64,000 nucleotides of DNA, taken from NCBI GenBank assembly GCA_965204725.1, contig OZ242005.1, positions 4,352,001-4,416,000 on the forward strand. The letters are read 5' to 3'. A program made the translations under genes and the position numbers. Below are positions 51,108-60,397 of the stretch, in pieces. The stretch is from Candidatus Latescibacterota bacterium. GTDB taxonomy: Bacteria > Latescibacterota > UBA2968 > UBA8231. The first letter of the stretch is position 1. Each line of letters opens with the position of its first letter. The notes beneath the pieces are model-generated. The model was not told the origin of the DNA and ran no database searches. It saw only the letters and a list, made by a program, of their open reading frames with translations.

Positions 51108-52094
51108 GTGAAATATGTCGTAGAGCAAGGGGGCAGCCCCTCGTTGGCCACCGCGGCCGTCGTGAGGTATCCAGACCGCCGTATTGAGGTGCTCGACGAG
51201 TGCTTCGCACAGTACAAGCTGGCAAATGCCGCCCTCGAAATGCTCTGGACCGGCGGGCGCTGGCTCGAAGGCCCCGTATGGTTTGGCGATGGTCGCTATC
51301 TACTGTTCAGCGACATACCCAACAACCGCATTCTCAAGTGGGAAGAAGAGACCGGGGCGGTCTCCGTCTTCCGCCAGCCAGCGAACAACACCAACGGCAA
51401 CACGCGCGACCGCCAAGGGCGATTGGTGTCGTGCGAACACGACGCCCGCCGAGTCACCCGCACGGAATACGACGGCTCGATCACCGTGTTGATGGACCAA
51501 TTCGGGGGCAAGCCGTTGAATGCCCCCAATGACGTCGTGGTGAAGTCGGATGGGTCAATTTGGTTCACGGACCCCGGGTACGGCATTCTGATGGATTACG
51601 AGGGGCACCGGGATGAGTTCGAGAATGCCGCCAACGTGTATCGTCTCGACCCGGACACTAGGGAAGCTACGGTAGTGGCAGGCGACTTCCGGCGGCCAAA
51701 CGGCCTCTGCTTCAGCCCGGATGAGTCGCTGCTCTACATCGTCGATACCGGACGCTCCGACGGCCCCGAACACCCCACCCACATCCGCGTTTTCGACGTC
51801 CACGGCGACCGCATCACAAACGGGCGCGTCTTCGCCGACATGGGGTCTGGTTCGTCGGACGGTATCCGCACCGATGTGGATGGCAATCTGTGGTCGGGAG
51901 CCTGCTGGGGAGGCGAGGGCTACGATGGCGTACATTGTTTTGCCCCCGACGGCACCTTGATCGGCCAGATCCACCTGCCGGCCCCCTGCGCCAACCTCTG
52001 CTTCGGCGGCGCAAAAAAGAACAGGCTATTCATAACCTGTTCGCAGTCGCTGTTTTCGGTGTACGTCGAGACGAATGGGGCGCAGAAACCGTAA
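51108..52094 (+). CDS. SMP-30/gluconolactonase family protein
   Basis: GGAGG then GTG 51108; WLEGPVW, TNGNTRD, LNAPND, RPNGLCFSPD, SDGIRTD, ANLCFGG. Confidence 0.9.
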   Translation: MKYVVEQGGSPSLATAAVVRYPDRRIEVLDECFAQYKLANAALEMLWTGGRWLEGPVWFGDGRYLLFSDIPNNRILKWEEETGAVSVFRQPANNTNGNTRDRQGRLVSCEHDARRVTRTEYDGSITVLMDQFGGKPLNAPNDVVVKSDGSIWFTDPGYGILMDYEGHRDEFENAANVYRLDPDTREATVVAGDFRRPNGLCFSPDESLLYIVDTGRSDGPEHPTHIRVFDVHGDRITNGRVFADMGSGSSDGIRTDVDGNLWSGACWGGEGYDGVHCFAPDGTLIGQIHLPAPCANLCFGGAKKNRLFITCSQSLFSVYVETNGAQKP

Positions 52095-52145
52095 GAAGCG
52101 TTCTTAACACTCCTGTTGCTTTTGGCTCGTCTTGCCTGACGACGC

Positions 52146-52204
52146 GAGGCGTCATTCCCGCGCAAGAACGTCACCCCGTGCCCCGACACGGGGCGGGAAT
52201 CCAG
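52146..52204. repeat. CGTC-tagged REP-like palindrome, copy 2, with a 27-nt nested hairpin
   Basis: GAGGCGTCATTCCCGCGCAAG[AACGTCACCCCGTGCCCCGACACGGGG]CGGGAATCCAG between convergent genes. Confidence 0.75.
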
Positions 52205-52231
52205 TCTTGAATGATGAGCAAACTTGCACCG

Positions 52232-53071
52232 TTAGGTCAGTCCCCATATCCGGGCGGCCGTACCCCCTAGCATCTGATCCTTTTCCCGCTGGCTGAGAAA
52301 GTCGAAACCCTCTCGCACTAGGCGCAACTCCTCGGCCAAGGTCGGCCAGTTGTGCTTGGCGCGATGATGCCCCGGATAACCAGTGCCCCACAGCATGCGC
52401 TCGGCCCCAAAGGCGCGGTGCAGACGCTGGATAAAAGGATGCACGTCGGAATAGGGGAAATTTTTCCGCGAACGGCCGTGGACATCCGAGATTTTCACGG
52501 CCACGTTGTCGAAGCCAGCCAGATCGACGACGGGCTGAAAAGCCTCGGGCGGCTCGTCGAGATTGGGATAGCCCAGATGGTCCAACAGCAGGGGCATCTG
52601 CGGGTGGCGGCGGGCGATTTCAGCTACTTGGTCGGCGCAAGCGGCATTGAAATGGAACTGGATAACAGCACCCATTGCGCTGAGGGCCTCCCATAGGGGA
52701 CGATTTTGGGGCGTGGTCAGGACTTTCTCGTCCGGGTAGTACATGGGATGAAAGCGAAAACCGACCAAGCCGCGTTCTTCCATCCAGTAGCGGGCCTGAT
52801 CGGCGTTGGCCGCATTTTGCGGGTCGAGCATGCCGTGGCCGATAAAGCGGTCGGGAAAACGGGCCTGCGAATCGGCGATATAGCCGTTGTCCCAAGTGGA
52901 CCAACTCGTCTGCACGAGGACGCTGCGGTCAACGCCGTTTTGGTCCATGTCCTCAATTAGCTCATCGGCGGTGGCAGGTTCGTCCGGTTTGGAGGTCCAA
53001 TTCGGAGCGGTGGGGCCGACGGGATACTTTTCGGACATTTCCCATATATGTACGTGGGTATCGACGATCAT
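52232..53071 (-). CDS. Amidohydrolase family 2 protein (lactonase-like)
   Basis: VDTHVHIW, GFRFH, LDHLGYP, AVKIS, RMLWGTGYP. Confidence 0.88.
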   Translation of the reverse strand: MIVDTHVHIWEMSEKYPVGPTAPNWTSKPDEPATADELIEDMDQNGVDRSVLVQTSWSTWDNGYIADSQARFPDRFIGHGMLDPQNAANADQARYWMEERGLVGFRFHPMYYPDEKVLTTPQNRPLWEALSAMGAVIQFHFNAACADQVAEIARRHPQMPLLLDHLGYPNLDEPPEAFQPVVDLAGFDNVAVKISDVHGRSRKNFPYSDVHPFIQRLHRAFGAERMLWGTGYPGHHRAKHNWPTLAEELRLVREGFDFLSQREKDQMLGGTAARIWGLT

Positions 53072-53083
53072 GGACGGTTCCTT

Positions 53084-53650
53084 TCATCTAACCATAGCGG
53101 CGAAATAGCGATGTAGGCTCAAGTCGCTAGTCAGTTCGGGATGGAACGAGGCGACGAGCACTTGGCCTTGGCGCACTGCAACTGCGTCGTCGCCGCACCT
53201 CGCCAGCACTTTGACCCCGTCGCCCAGCCGTGCGATGCGAGGGGCGCGGATAAAGATCATCGGCAAGGGGCGCGGTTGCCCATCCGCCGCCCAAACGCCC
53301 GTCCCCTCAAAGCTATCGACTTGGCGGCCATAGCTGTTGCGCTCGACGTCAATGTCGATTAGGCCAAAGGACTGCTGCGGTGGGTTGGAGACGCCTTTGG
53401 CCAGCAGGATCATCCCAGCGCAGGTGCCAAAAATGGGGTTGCCGGCCGCGGCGAAGTCCCTCAGCGGCGTCCAGAAATCCCAAGAGTCCATCAGTTTAAT
53501 GAGCGTCGTGCTCTCGCCGCCGGGGACGATCAGGCCGTCCACCGTGGCCAACTGCGCTGGTTTTTTGATCACGCGGGATGCGACCGCTAATGAGTCGAGC
53601 ATCTTGCCGTGGGCCGCGTAGTCACCCTGTAATCCCAAAATCCCAATCAT
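53084..53650 (-). CDS. pdxT: Pyridoxal 5-phosphate synthase glutaminase subunit
   Basis: GLQGDY, PGGESTT, GTCAGMI, RNSYGRQVDSF, FIRAP, SFHPEL. Confidence 0.96.
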   Translation of the reverse strand: MIGILGLQGDYAAHGKMLDSLAVASRVIKKPAQLATVDGLIVPGGESTTLIKLMDSWDFWTPLRDFAAAGNPIFGTCAGMILLAKGVSNPPQQSFGLIDIDVERNSYGRQVDSFEGTGVWAADGQPRPLPMIFIRAPRIARLGDGVKVLARCGDDAVAVRQGQVLVASFHPELTSDLSLHRYFAAMVR

Positions 53651-53664
53651 CGCTTATCAATAAG

Positions 53665-53700
53665 AATGCCCCGTCCCTGATGGAGCAGAGACGGGGCATT
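53665..53700. terminator. Strong hairpin between pdxS and pdxT
   Basis: AATGCCCCGTC...GACGGGGCATT 11-bp stem extended by CTG/CAG. Confidence 0.55.
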
Positions 53701-53723
53701 TTCCGTTGGTCTCTGGCGGCGTC

Positions 53724-54626
53724 CTACCAGCCGCGGGTTTGTAGTTTGTCCTTCTCTTCGAGGGTGTCGATGTTGATGCCGACCATGGCCTCGCCGAGGT
53801 TTTCCGAGACGCGAATCAAGACCTCTGGGTCGTCGTAGTGAGTGGTGGCCTCGACGATGGCTTTGGCGCGGTTGGCCGGGTCGCCGGACTTAAATATGCC
53901 AGAGCCGACGAAAATGGCCTCTGCGCCGAGCTGCATCATCAGGGAGGCATCGGCTGGAGTGGCGACGCCCCCGGCGGCAAAGTTGGGCACTGGCAGCTTG
54001 CCGTGCTCGGCGACCCAGCGGACCAATTCATAAGGCGCGCCCAGTTCCTTGGCCGCTGTCATTAGCTGCTCGGGACGCAGGACTGTCAGCCGGCGGATCT
54101 CGTCGGTAACTGAGCGTATGTGGCGCACGGCCTCGACGATGTTGCCCGAGCCGGCCTCGCCCTTGGTGCGGATCATGGCCGCGCCCTCGCCAATCCGCCG
54201 CAGGGCTTCGCCGAGGTTGCGGCAGCCGCAGACGAAAGGCACCTCAAAGGCGAACTTATCGACGTGATAGTGCTCGTCGGCGGGCGTCAGGACCTCGCTT
54301 TCGTCGATGTAGTCGATCCCGAGAGCTTGGAGCATCTGCGCTTCGGCAAAGTGCCCAATGCGGCATTTGGCCATGACCGGAATGGAGACCGCGTCCATGA
54401 TCTGGCGCAGCTTCTCAATGCTCGACATGCGCGACACGCCGCCTTCAGCGCGGATGTCGGCGGGCACTCTTTCCAGCGCCATGACCGAGGCGGCCCCAGC
54501 GTCTTCGGCGATCTTGGCATGATCGGCGGTGACGACGTCCATGATGACCCCGCCCTTGAGCATTTCGGCGAGGCCGGTCTTGAGGCGCAGGGTGCCAGTC
54601 TGTCCATTGGTAGGCATTTCGTTCAT
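53724..54626 (-). CDS. pdxS: Pyridoxal 5-phosphate synthase lyase subunit
   Basis: [48 protein letters not shown]; RBS AAGGAGA before ATG 54626. Confidence 0.97.
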   Translation of the reverse strand: MNEMPTNGQTGTLRLKTGLAEMLKGGVIMDVVTADHAKIAEDAGAASVMALERVPADIRAEGGVSRMSSIEKLRQIMDAVSIPVMAKCRIGHFAEAQMLQALGIDYIDESEVLTPADEHYHVDKFAFEVPFVCGCRNLGEALRRIGEGAAMIRTKGEAGSGNIVEAVRHIRSVTDEIRRLTVLRPEQLMTAAKELGAPYELVRWVAEHGKLPVPNFAAGGVATPADASLMMQLGAEAIFVGSGIFKSGDPANRAKAIVEATTHYDDPEVLIRVSENLGEAMVGINIDTLEEKDKLQTRGW

Positions 54627-54704
54627 AGCACAATCTCCTTTAGAGCAGTTCCTTAAAAACATATTCCAAAACAGCCCCTCACGCAATTTTCGCCCAAGGC
54701 AGAA

Positions 54705-56144
54705 TCAGGCCCCGCGCAGGCTCTCCCAATAGGTGCGGCACAGGTCGCGGGCGAAGAGCAAGAGGGCGGCGGCGGTCGCTGCACTGGCAAGGACCGCGCC
54801 GGAGACGAGGACGGCGAGCGGCGACGCCGGCAGCAGGGGGCGGGCCAACAGGAGCACGGCGAACACAAAGGCAACGACTAAACAGGGGCGGCTGAGCGCG
54901 GCGAGATAGGTTGTAAAAGGCAGGTCGATCAAGCGGTTGACGAGATACTGCGAGAGCAGCAAGAACAGCAAGGCCGCCGCGGCGATGACGCTGGCCACGC
55001 CTTCGACGCCGTGCGGCAGGCCATAGAAGTACAGGGCCGGGATCAGCAATCCCATGCTAAAGAGCGACCAATAGAAAGACCAGTTGGCCTTGCCTTTGGC
55101 CATAAAAATCGAGCCAGCCAAGGAGCCGGCTACCTTCAAAAGCGTGGCCACGGCCAACAGACGAAGCACCATCCACATCGGCTCGGTGTTGACCAAGGCG
55201 GCAATCTCCGGCGCAAAGACGAATATCCCCGCGAGGGCTGGACCTAGCGCGAGCACAAAGCCCTGTACCGAGGCCAAATAGCCCCGACGCAGGAGCGAGT
55301 CGTCTTCTACAATCGTCGAAAAGGTCGGGAAGGAGACGCGCTGGATGGTCGTAGCCAGCCGGGTCAGGGGTTGCAAGGTCAACCGTTCGGCCAAGCTGTA
55401 GTAGGCTTGGGCCGTCGCTCCGAGCGGTTTGTAGATGAATAGATACGCGATCTTGACATTGAGCAGGGTCACCACGCGCGAACCCGTAAAGTTCAGGGCA
55501 AAGCCCAGAAGCTGGCGCAGTGCTTGGGGCCGGAAGCGCAGGCGCGGAAGCCAGCGAGCCGAAAGCGCGAGGCTGCTGAAAAGACCTAGTTCGCGCACGA
55601 CCGCACCGAGGCCCGGGATCAAGACGCCCAATTCGGGCCGCCAGCAAAGCAGCACCGTCACTGCGAGGGCAAAGGTCACAACCGAAACGAGCTCAGAAAG
55701 GGCCACGGCGCGGAAGTCGAGGGTGCGCTGTAATCTGGCCCGCAGCAGGCCCGCCAATGAGGCGAAGGGGACCGTCAGGCAGAGCGTGCGTAGGACGCGG
55801 CCGAATGTGTGCGGGTCTTCGCCCCCTAAAAAAGGAGCCAGCCAAGGGATGGCGGCGACGACCGCGGCGGTGAGCAGCAGCCCCCAACTCAAACAAGTCC
55901 AGAAGGCCGCGTCGAAGTGTTCCTCGCCCGCGTCCGGTAGCTGGACCAAGGCCGCGCCCAGCCCTAAGTCGCCGACCAATGATAGGAGCATCACCAGCAC
56001 CAGTGCCCACTCAAAATGGCCCAAATCGTCGAGCGGCAAGAGCTTGTAGAGCACCAGCATGACGCCGAGTTGGATGGCGGAGGCGCTGCCATTCCAGAGG
56101 AAACCGCGCAGGGCGCGCGTGGCTAGGGAGAGCGAGGCACTCAC
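54705..56144 (-). CDS. Polysaccharide flippase (WzxC-like)
   Basis: DLGLGAALVQ, LQRTLDFR, RVSFPTFS; many TM segments; GTG start. Confidence 0.82.
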   Translation of the reverse strand: MSASLSLATRALRGFLWNGSASAIQLGVMLVLYKLLPLDDLGHFEWALVLVMLLSLVGDLGLGAALVQLPDAGEEHFDAAFWTCLSWGLLLTAAVVAAIPWLAPFLGGEDPHTFGRVLRTLCLTVPFASLAGLLRARLQRTLDFRAVALSELVSVVTFALAVTVLLCWRPELGVLIPGLGAVVRELGLFSSLALSARWLPRLRFRPQALRQLLGFALNFTGSRVVTLLNVKIAYLFIYKPLGATAQAYYSLAERLTLQPLTRLATTIQRVSFPTFSTIVEDDSLLRRGYLASVQGFVLALGPALAGIFVFAPEIAALVNTEPMWMVLRLLAVATLLKVAGSLAGSIFMAKGKANWSFYWSLFSMGLLIPALYFYGLPHGVEGVASVIAAAALLFLLLSQYLVNRLIDLPFTTYLAALSRPCLVVAFVFAVLLLARPLLPASPLAVLVSGAVLASAATAAALLLFARDLCRTYWESLRGA

Positions 56145-56162
56145 AGGCGAGGAGGCGTCACG

Positions 56163-58049
56163 TCACGACGCTTCGATATATGCTTTGGCGATGCGGCCCT
56201 TCTTGCCGAAGACATTGACCGCCCGCGCTTCGAGCCGGTTTTCGCCCGCCGCGAGCGTCCACTCAAAGCGGGCCTCGCGCTCCTCGCGCCACGGGCCGCC
56301 GTCCTGTCGCACCAAGAAGTGCGAGAAGTTGGGCGCGGTATGCTCTAGATCGACTTGCAGCGTACGCGCCTTTTCCGTCACCTGTACATAGAGCCGCGTC
56401 TGGTTGACCGACCAGTAGAAGTCGCCGGGACGAGAGGTCTGTACGGAGTATTCGGCGTAGCGGGGATCGACGTCGTCCGACCACCAGAGATAGCCATCCC
56501 AGTGGTACTGCCCAGCACCGTGGCGCAGTTCGGCCGGCTCGGCGAAGATCAGGTGCGTGTTGCGCAGCGGAATGCCGAAGCGGCAGAAGACATCGATGTA
56601 GCTGGTCATGGGTTCGATGACCTTTTGCGGCAGCTTGTTGGCCATGATCTGTTCGCGCCGCTCGTCCGCCGCGGCCTCGTGTAGTTCCAAGGCGTTGATG
56701 GGCACTCCGTCCATTTCGTAGGTGGCGTCGAATTCGCGCGTCGGCCCGGCGTCTTCGAGGATCCACTTTTGCAATGCTTCGCACCAGACCTCGGCCAAGC
56801 AGTGGTGATCGACAATGACCGAGCGGGCCACCCATCCTAAGGCCGAGGCGCAGCCGGCGAACACCGCTCCGTAGTGGGTACACATGCCAAAGCCCCAGTC
56901 GCCCTTAGTGGTGTCGAGGACCTCTAGGGGGTTCCAAGAGGGGCAATGGGGATATTTGTCGGATTGCCAGCCCAGCCACTGGCTGTGGACCCAGTCGCGC
57001 AACAGGGCTAGCTGGTCGAGTTCGGTTTTGCCCGCGGCGATGACCTCGTCGAGGCGGTACTGCTTGCGCAGCCGCTCTTGGTGCGGGTGCAGCCCCATAT
57101 AGGAGAAGGGGTACGAGCTATGCACGAGCTGGGGTTGGTCGAATTCTGCTCGCTTGAAGGGCGCGAGACTTTGGGCGTCCTCCTCAACATCGGCTTCGAG
57201 GGTGACCGCTTGGAGCGTCGGGGTCTTGTTGGCCGAATCGGTTGCGAGGATGGCGCGCCACTGCACAAAGCGCCCGGGCCACTGCAAGGCAGTGCAGCGT
57301 TCCCAAGCCGTCCAAGTGCGCGGATCAAAGGAAGGCGTCGAACCCGTGCGTAGCTCAAAGTGTATCTGGGTATCCTGCGGCTGGCGCGTCCGCGCTTTCA
57401 GATGCAGGCGGCGAATGCCCATCCTCGGGGCGATGCGACCGCGGCCGTCTTCGTCGGCTAGGTCGAAAACCGGCGAGCAGAGCGTCCCCCGCGGAGGGTG
57501 TCCCTTGATGCGTAGCCGCACTAGGTATTCGCCGTCCATGGCGCGGGCTTCGCCCAAGGTGCCTTGGTGCCAAGTCTTGCCGCCGTCAAAGCTGCGGCTT
57601 GAACGGCTTGGAGGGGTGTCGGCCAGACCGCCGGGGGAGGGGTCGATGTGCAACACGCCGCTGTGCGAGAAGACGAATTCGTTGGTGCCATTTTTGAGGT
57701 ATTTGGCGGCGATTTTCTTGCGGTCCCAACCGCCGGTGAGCATGCGCTCGCGGTCTTGGCGGTGCGTGAGGACGTGGCCGTTGACTTGGAGCCGCATGGG
57801 TTTGTCGGCGGTGGTCTGGTCGGCGTTGACGTAAAAGAGCAATTCGGCCCCTTTGGTCTTGGCCGAGGGAATGTCGAACTCGACTTTTGCACAGGAGGCG
57901 GGCGTAAGTTCTTCGCAGACATCGCCATCAACCCCCATCTCATTGGTCAGCAGATAGGTGGGGGCGAGGCGGGCAGCAGGGGTGGTTTGGGCGTCGATGA
58001 AGCGGTCGCGGCGATAGTCGCGGAAGTCGGTGGTGGCGATGCGTTTCAT
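56163..58049 (-). CDS. Transglutaminase-like domain protein
   Basis: Cys-His-Asp type triad GMCTHY ... HCLAEVW ... WILED, preceded by long beta-rich N-terminal domains. Confidence 0.7.
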   Translation of the reverse strand: MKRIATTDFRDYRRDRFIDAQTTPAARLAPTYLLTNEMGVDGDVCEELTPASCAKVEFDIPSAKTKGAELLFYVNADQTTADKPMRLQVNGHVLTHRQDRERMLTGGWDRKKIAAKYLKNGTNEFVFSHSGVLHIDPSPGGLADTPPSRSSRSFDGGKTWHQGTLGEARAMDGEYLVRLRIKGHPPRGTLCSPVFDLADEDGRGRIAPRMGIRRLHLKARTRQPQDTQIHFELRTGSTPSFDPRTWTAWERCTALQWPGRFVQWRAILATDSANKTPTLQAVTLEADVEEDAQSLAPFKRAEFDQPQLVHSSYPFSYMGLHPHQERLRKQYRLDEVIAAGKTELDQLALLRDWVHSQWLGWQSDKYPHCPSWNPLEVLDTTKGDWGFGMCTHYGAVFAGCASALGWVARSVIVDHHCLAEVWCEALQKWILEDAGPTREFDATYEMDGVPINALELHEAAADERREQIMANKLPQKVIEPMTSYIDVFCRFGIPLRNTHLIFAEPAELRHGAGQYHWDGYLWWSDDVDPRYAEYSVQTSRPGDFYWSVNQTRLYVQVTEKARTLQVDLEHTAPNFSHFLVRQDGGPWREEREARFEWTLAAGENRLEARAVNVFGKKGRIAKAYIEAS

Positions 58050-58165
58050 GGTAAGCTCCTGAGTGGGGGACGATGCGAGGGAATGTATGCGAGGATACAG
58101 GATGGAGCAATGGAGGTGCCGGATAGTACAATTGCTTTTATGCCGAATTAGGTATATTAAATTGT

Positions 58166-58498
58166 ATGTTAAACAAGTCTATTTCTTGGATCGCGTCTTC
58201 AAGAGAGGACCTACGCGACTTCCCCGCATCGGCTCGCCGCAAAGCGGGTTTTGAGCTACAAGCCTTACAGCGGGGAGAAACGCCGACCGATTGTAAACCC
58301 ATGCCCTCAATCGGCCCAGGCGTCATGGAGATTCGCATCAATATAGGCAATGCTTATCGCGTCTTTTACGTGACCAAATTTGCAGAAGGTATCTACGTCT
58401 TGCATGCTTTTCAAAAAAAATCGCAACGCACATCAAAGCAAGATATTCAACTTGGCCAGCAACGATACCGGATGCTGCTAAAACACAGGCAAGGATGA
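58166..58498 (+). CDS. Type II toxin, RelE/ParE superfamily (Gp49/HigB-like)
   Basis: DLRDFP..R..AGFEL..LQ.G, KPMPSIGPGVMEIRI, YRVFY, YVLHAFQKKSQRT. Confidence 0.92.
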   Translation: MLNKSISWIASSREDLRDFPASARRKAGFELQALQRGETPTDCKPMPSIGPGVMEIRINIGNAYRVFYVTKFAEGIYVLHAFQKKSQRTSKQDIQLGQQRYRMLLKHRQG

Positions 58499-58513
58499 TA
58501 AGGAGACTATGCT

Positions 58514-58801
58514 ATGGAAGTGACCCAAGGCCGCGATAACGTATTTGAGGATATTGGTTTTGAGCGGGAAGAAGCGGCGAGCTTAAAAGTCCGGGCTGAT
58601 TTAATGCTCGACCTGAGAAAGTACATCGAAACCAGAGGGTGGACCCAACGTCAAGCCGCGGCATTTTTTGGCGAGTCCCAACCGCGCATTAGCAATTTAA
58701 TGCAGGGGGAGATTAGCCGTTTTAGCGTGGATAAGCTGATCAATATGCTGACGCGGGCGGGGATGCAAGTCGAAATTTACGTCAAGCCAAAAGCCGCCTA
58801 A
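58514..58801 (+). CDS. XRE-family HTH antitoxin (HTH_37/HigA-like)
   Basis: NVFEDIGF, WTQRQAA..GESQPRISNLMQG..SRFSVDKL; downstream of the toxin; RBS AGGAG. Confidence 0.92.
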   Translation: MEVTQGRDNVFEDIGFEREEAASLKVRADLMLDLRKYIETRGWTQRQAAAFFGESQPRISNLMQGEISRFSVDKLINMLTRAGMQVEIYVKPKAA

Positions 58802-58809
58802 GCGAAAGC

Positions 58810-59580
58810 TCAGGCGAGGAGGCCCTCAACGTATTGGCGGGCGGCAATAGCTGCTGAGAGCGGCTCGTCCCAATCGACCTCCTCAAGCTCGACGACGAGG
58901 GGGCCGTCGTACCCGCTATCCGCTAACAGCTTGAACAACGCCGCGAAGGGCAATTCGCCTTCCCCAAAAGGCACGGGGGTTTCGCCCTGCTGGTCGCGCA
59001 GGTGGACGACGCCGATGCGCCCGGCGAGGGCCTCGGCAAAAGGCATGATCGGCTCGCCGACCGAGAGCAGGTGACCGGTGTCTAAGAGCACCCGCGCCCG
59101 CTCGGGCAGCTTGGGCATCACCGCTTGGTAGTCGGCCAGTCCTTGGAGGCGGTTGCCTCGGTGGTTGCCCAAGTTGAGGGCGATATCCGGGATGTTTTCG
59201 AGCAGCGTGTTGACGCCTTCGACGAGGTCGGCGATGGCCTCTCTCGTGCGGGCACCGCTCTTCATATTCATGGTGCGGACCCCAAGGGCGCGGCCCAAGT
59301 GGATGTCCCATTCGAGCTGGCGCAGATTGTAGGCGAGGTTGCGCTCGTCCGAGTCGGCCTTGCGGCCGGTGAGGTTGCGGATATTGAAGCTAGAAAGCAC
59401 TAGGCCGGCTTCGGCGAGCGCGGTGCGGACCATCGGCACAGACCAGTCGCGGTGGACGGGCGTACTCTCGGTGTATGCGCGGAAGAGTTCGACGCGGGAG
59501 AAGCCGGCCGCCTTTGCTAGGTCGAGCATCTCGGGCAAGAGCAGGTCTGGGCAGAGGGTTGGGCTGAAGACGAGATGCAT
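58810..59580 (-). CDS. Sugar phosphate isomerase/epimerase (xylose isomerase-like TIM barrel)
   Basis: AGFSRVEL, LLDTGH, VHLRD, PFGEGELPF, GYDGPLVVELE. Confidence 0.82.
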   Translation of the reverse strand: MHLVFSPTLCPDLLLPEMLDLAKAAGFSRVELFRAYTESTPVHRDWSVPMVRTALAEAGLVLSSFNIRNLTGRKADSDERNLAYNLRQLEWDIHLGRALGVRTMNMKSGARTREAIADLVEGVNTLLENIPDIALNLGNHRGNRLQGLADYQAVMPKLPERARVLLDTGHLLSVGEPIMPFAEALAGRIGVVHLRDQQGETPVPFGEGELPFAALFKLLADSGYDGPLVVELEEVDWDEPLSAAIAARQYVEGLLA

Positions 59581-60332
59581 TAGCTAATCCCCTCCCAATG
59601 CGCCCATTGGTCGGCGCACGTCTCAAAGCGAATATCGTTGGCGTCTTTGCGCGCAAAGCGGCCGATGAGAGCCATGCGGATATTGCGATTGACATTCTTG
59701 GAGCCGGTGTGGAAGAGCTGACCGTGCCAGAAGATGGCATCGCCGGCTTTGCCGACGAATTCGCGCCCTTGGGGGAAGGTCCCCTCGGGAAATACGTCGC
59801 TGGAAACGCCGCCCTGCACCGACAGCAGCGAGTGCGTCTGGAAGTAGTCGTAGGCCACGTTGTGGCTGCCGGGCCAATAGGTGAAGCAGCCGCCCTGTGA
59901 GTCGATATCCTCGACGTAGATCGTGACGTTGATGGTCATGTAACCGACCGTGCCTTCGGGCACGCCGTTGGTCGGGGTGTAGTAGCCGTCGAGGTGGCCG
60001 CGCTCGGGCAGGGACCAAGCCTTGTCTTTGGCTGGATAAACCAACGCCGGCCCGGCGCTGTTGGGATTGAGCTGGCCCTCGCCGACCATTTCCTCCATCA
60101 TCGCGAAGATCGGCGACTCGTGAACTGCGGCGTGGATGGCCGGGGCATGGGCCGGCACCGGAGTGCGCGGACCTGCTCCGACCCAAGTGGCCGGATCGTC
60201 GCGGTCGGCCTTAATGCCAGTCCAAAGGGCGTCCTGAGCGGCTTGAATTTGCGCGGGCGTGAGAGCACCACGGACGATGAGACAGCCGTTTTCCTTAAAG
60301 GAATCCCGGTCTGCGGAAGTGAGGTGAGGCAT
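59580..60332 (-). CDS. Phytanoyl-CoA dioxygenase (PhyH) family protein
   Basis: FKENGCLIVRGAL, GHLDGY, GGCFTYWPGSH, AGDAIFWHGQLFHTG..N...R. Confidence 0.85.
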   Translation of the reverse strand: MPHLTSADRDSFKENGCLIVRGALTPAQIQAAQDALWTGIKADRDDPATWVGAGPRTPVPAHAPAIHAAVHESPIFAMMEEMVGEGQLNPNSAGPALVYPAKDKAWSLPERGHLDGYYTPTNGVPEGTVGYMTINVTIYVEDIDSQGGCFTYWPGSHNVAYDYFQTHSLLSVQGGVSSDVFPEGTFPQGREFVGKAGDAIFWHGQLFHTGSKNVNRNIRMALIGRFARKDANDIRFETCADQWAHWEGIS

Positions 60333-60397
60333 GGTAGCACCTTTCTAATTGGGTTGTAAAAGCAAATATAGATTCGCACCTGCATACACCCAAGCCC

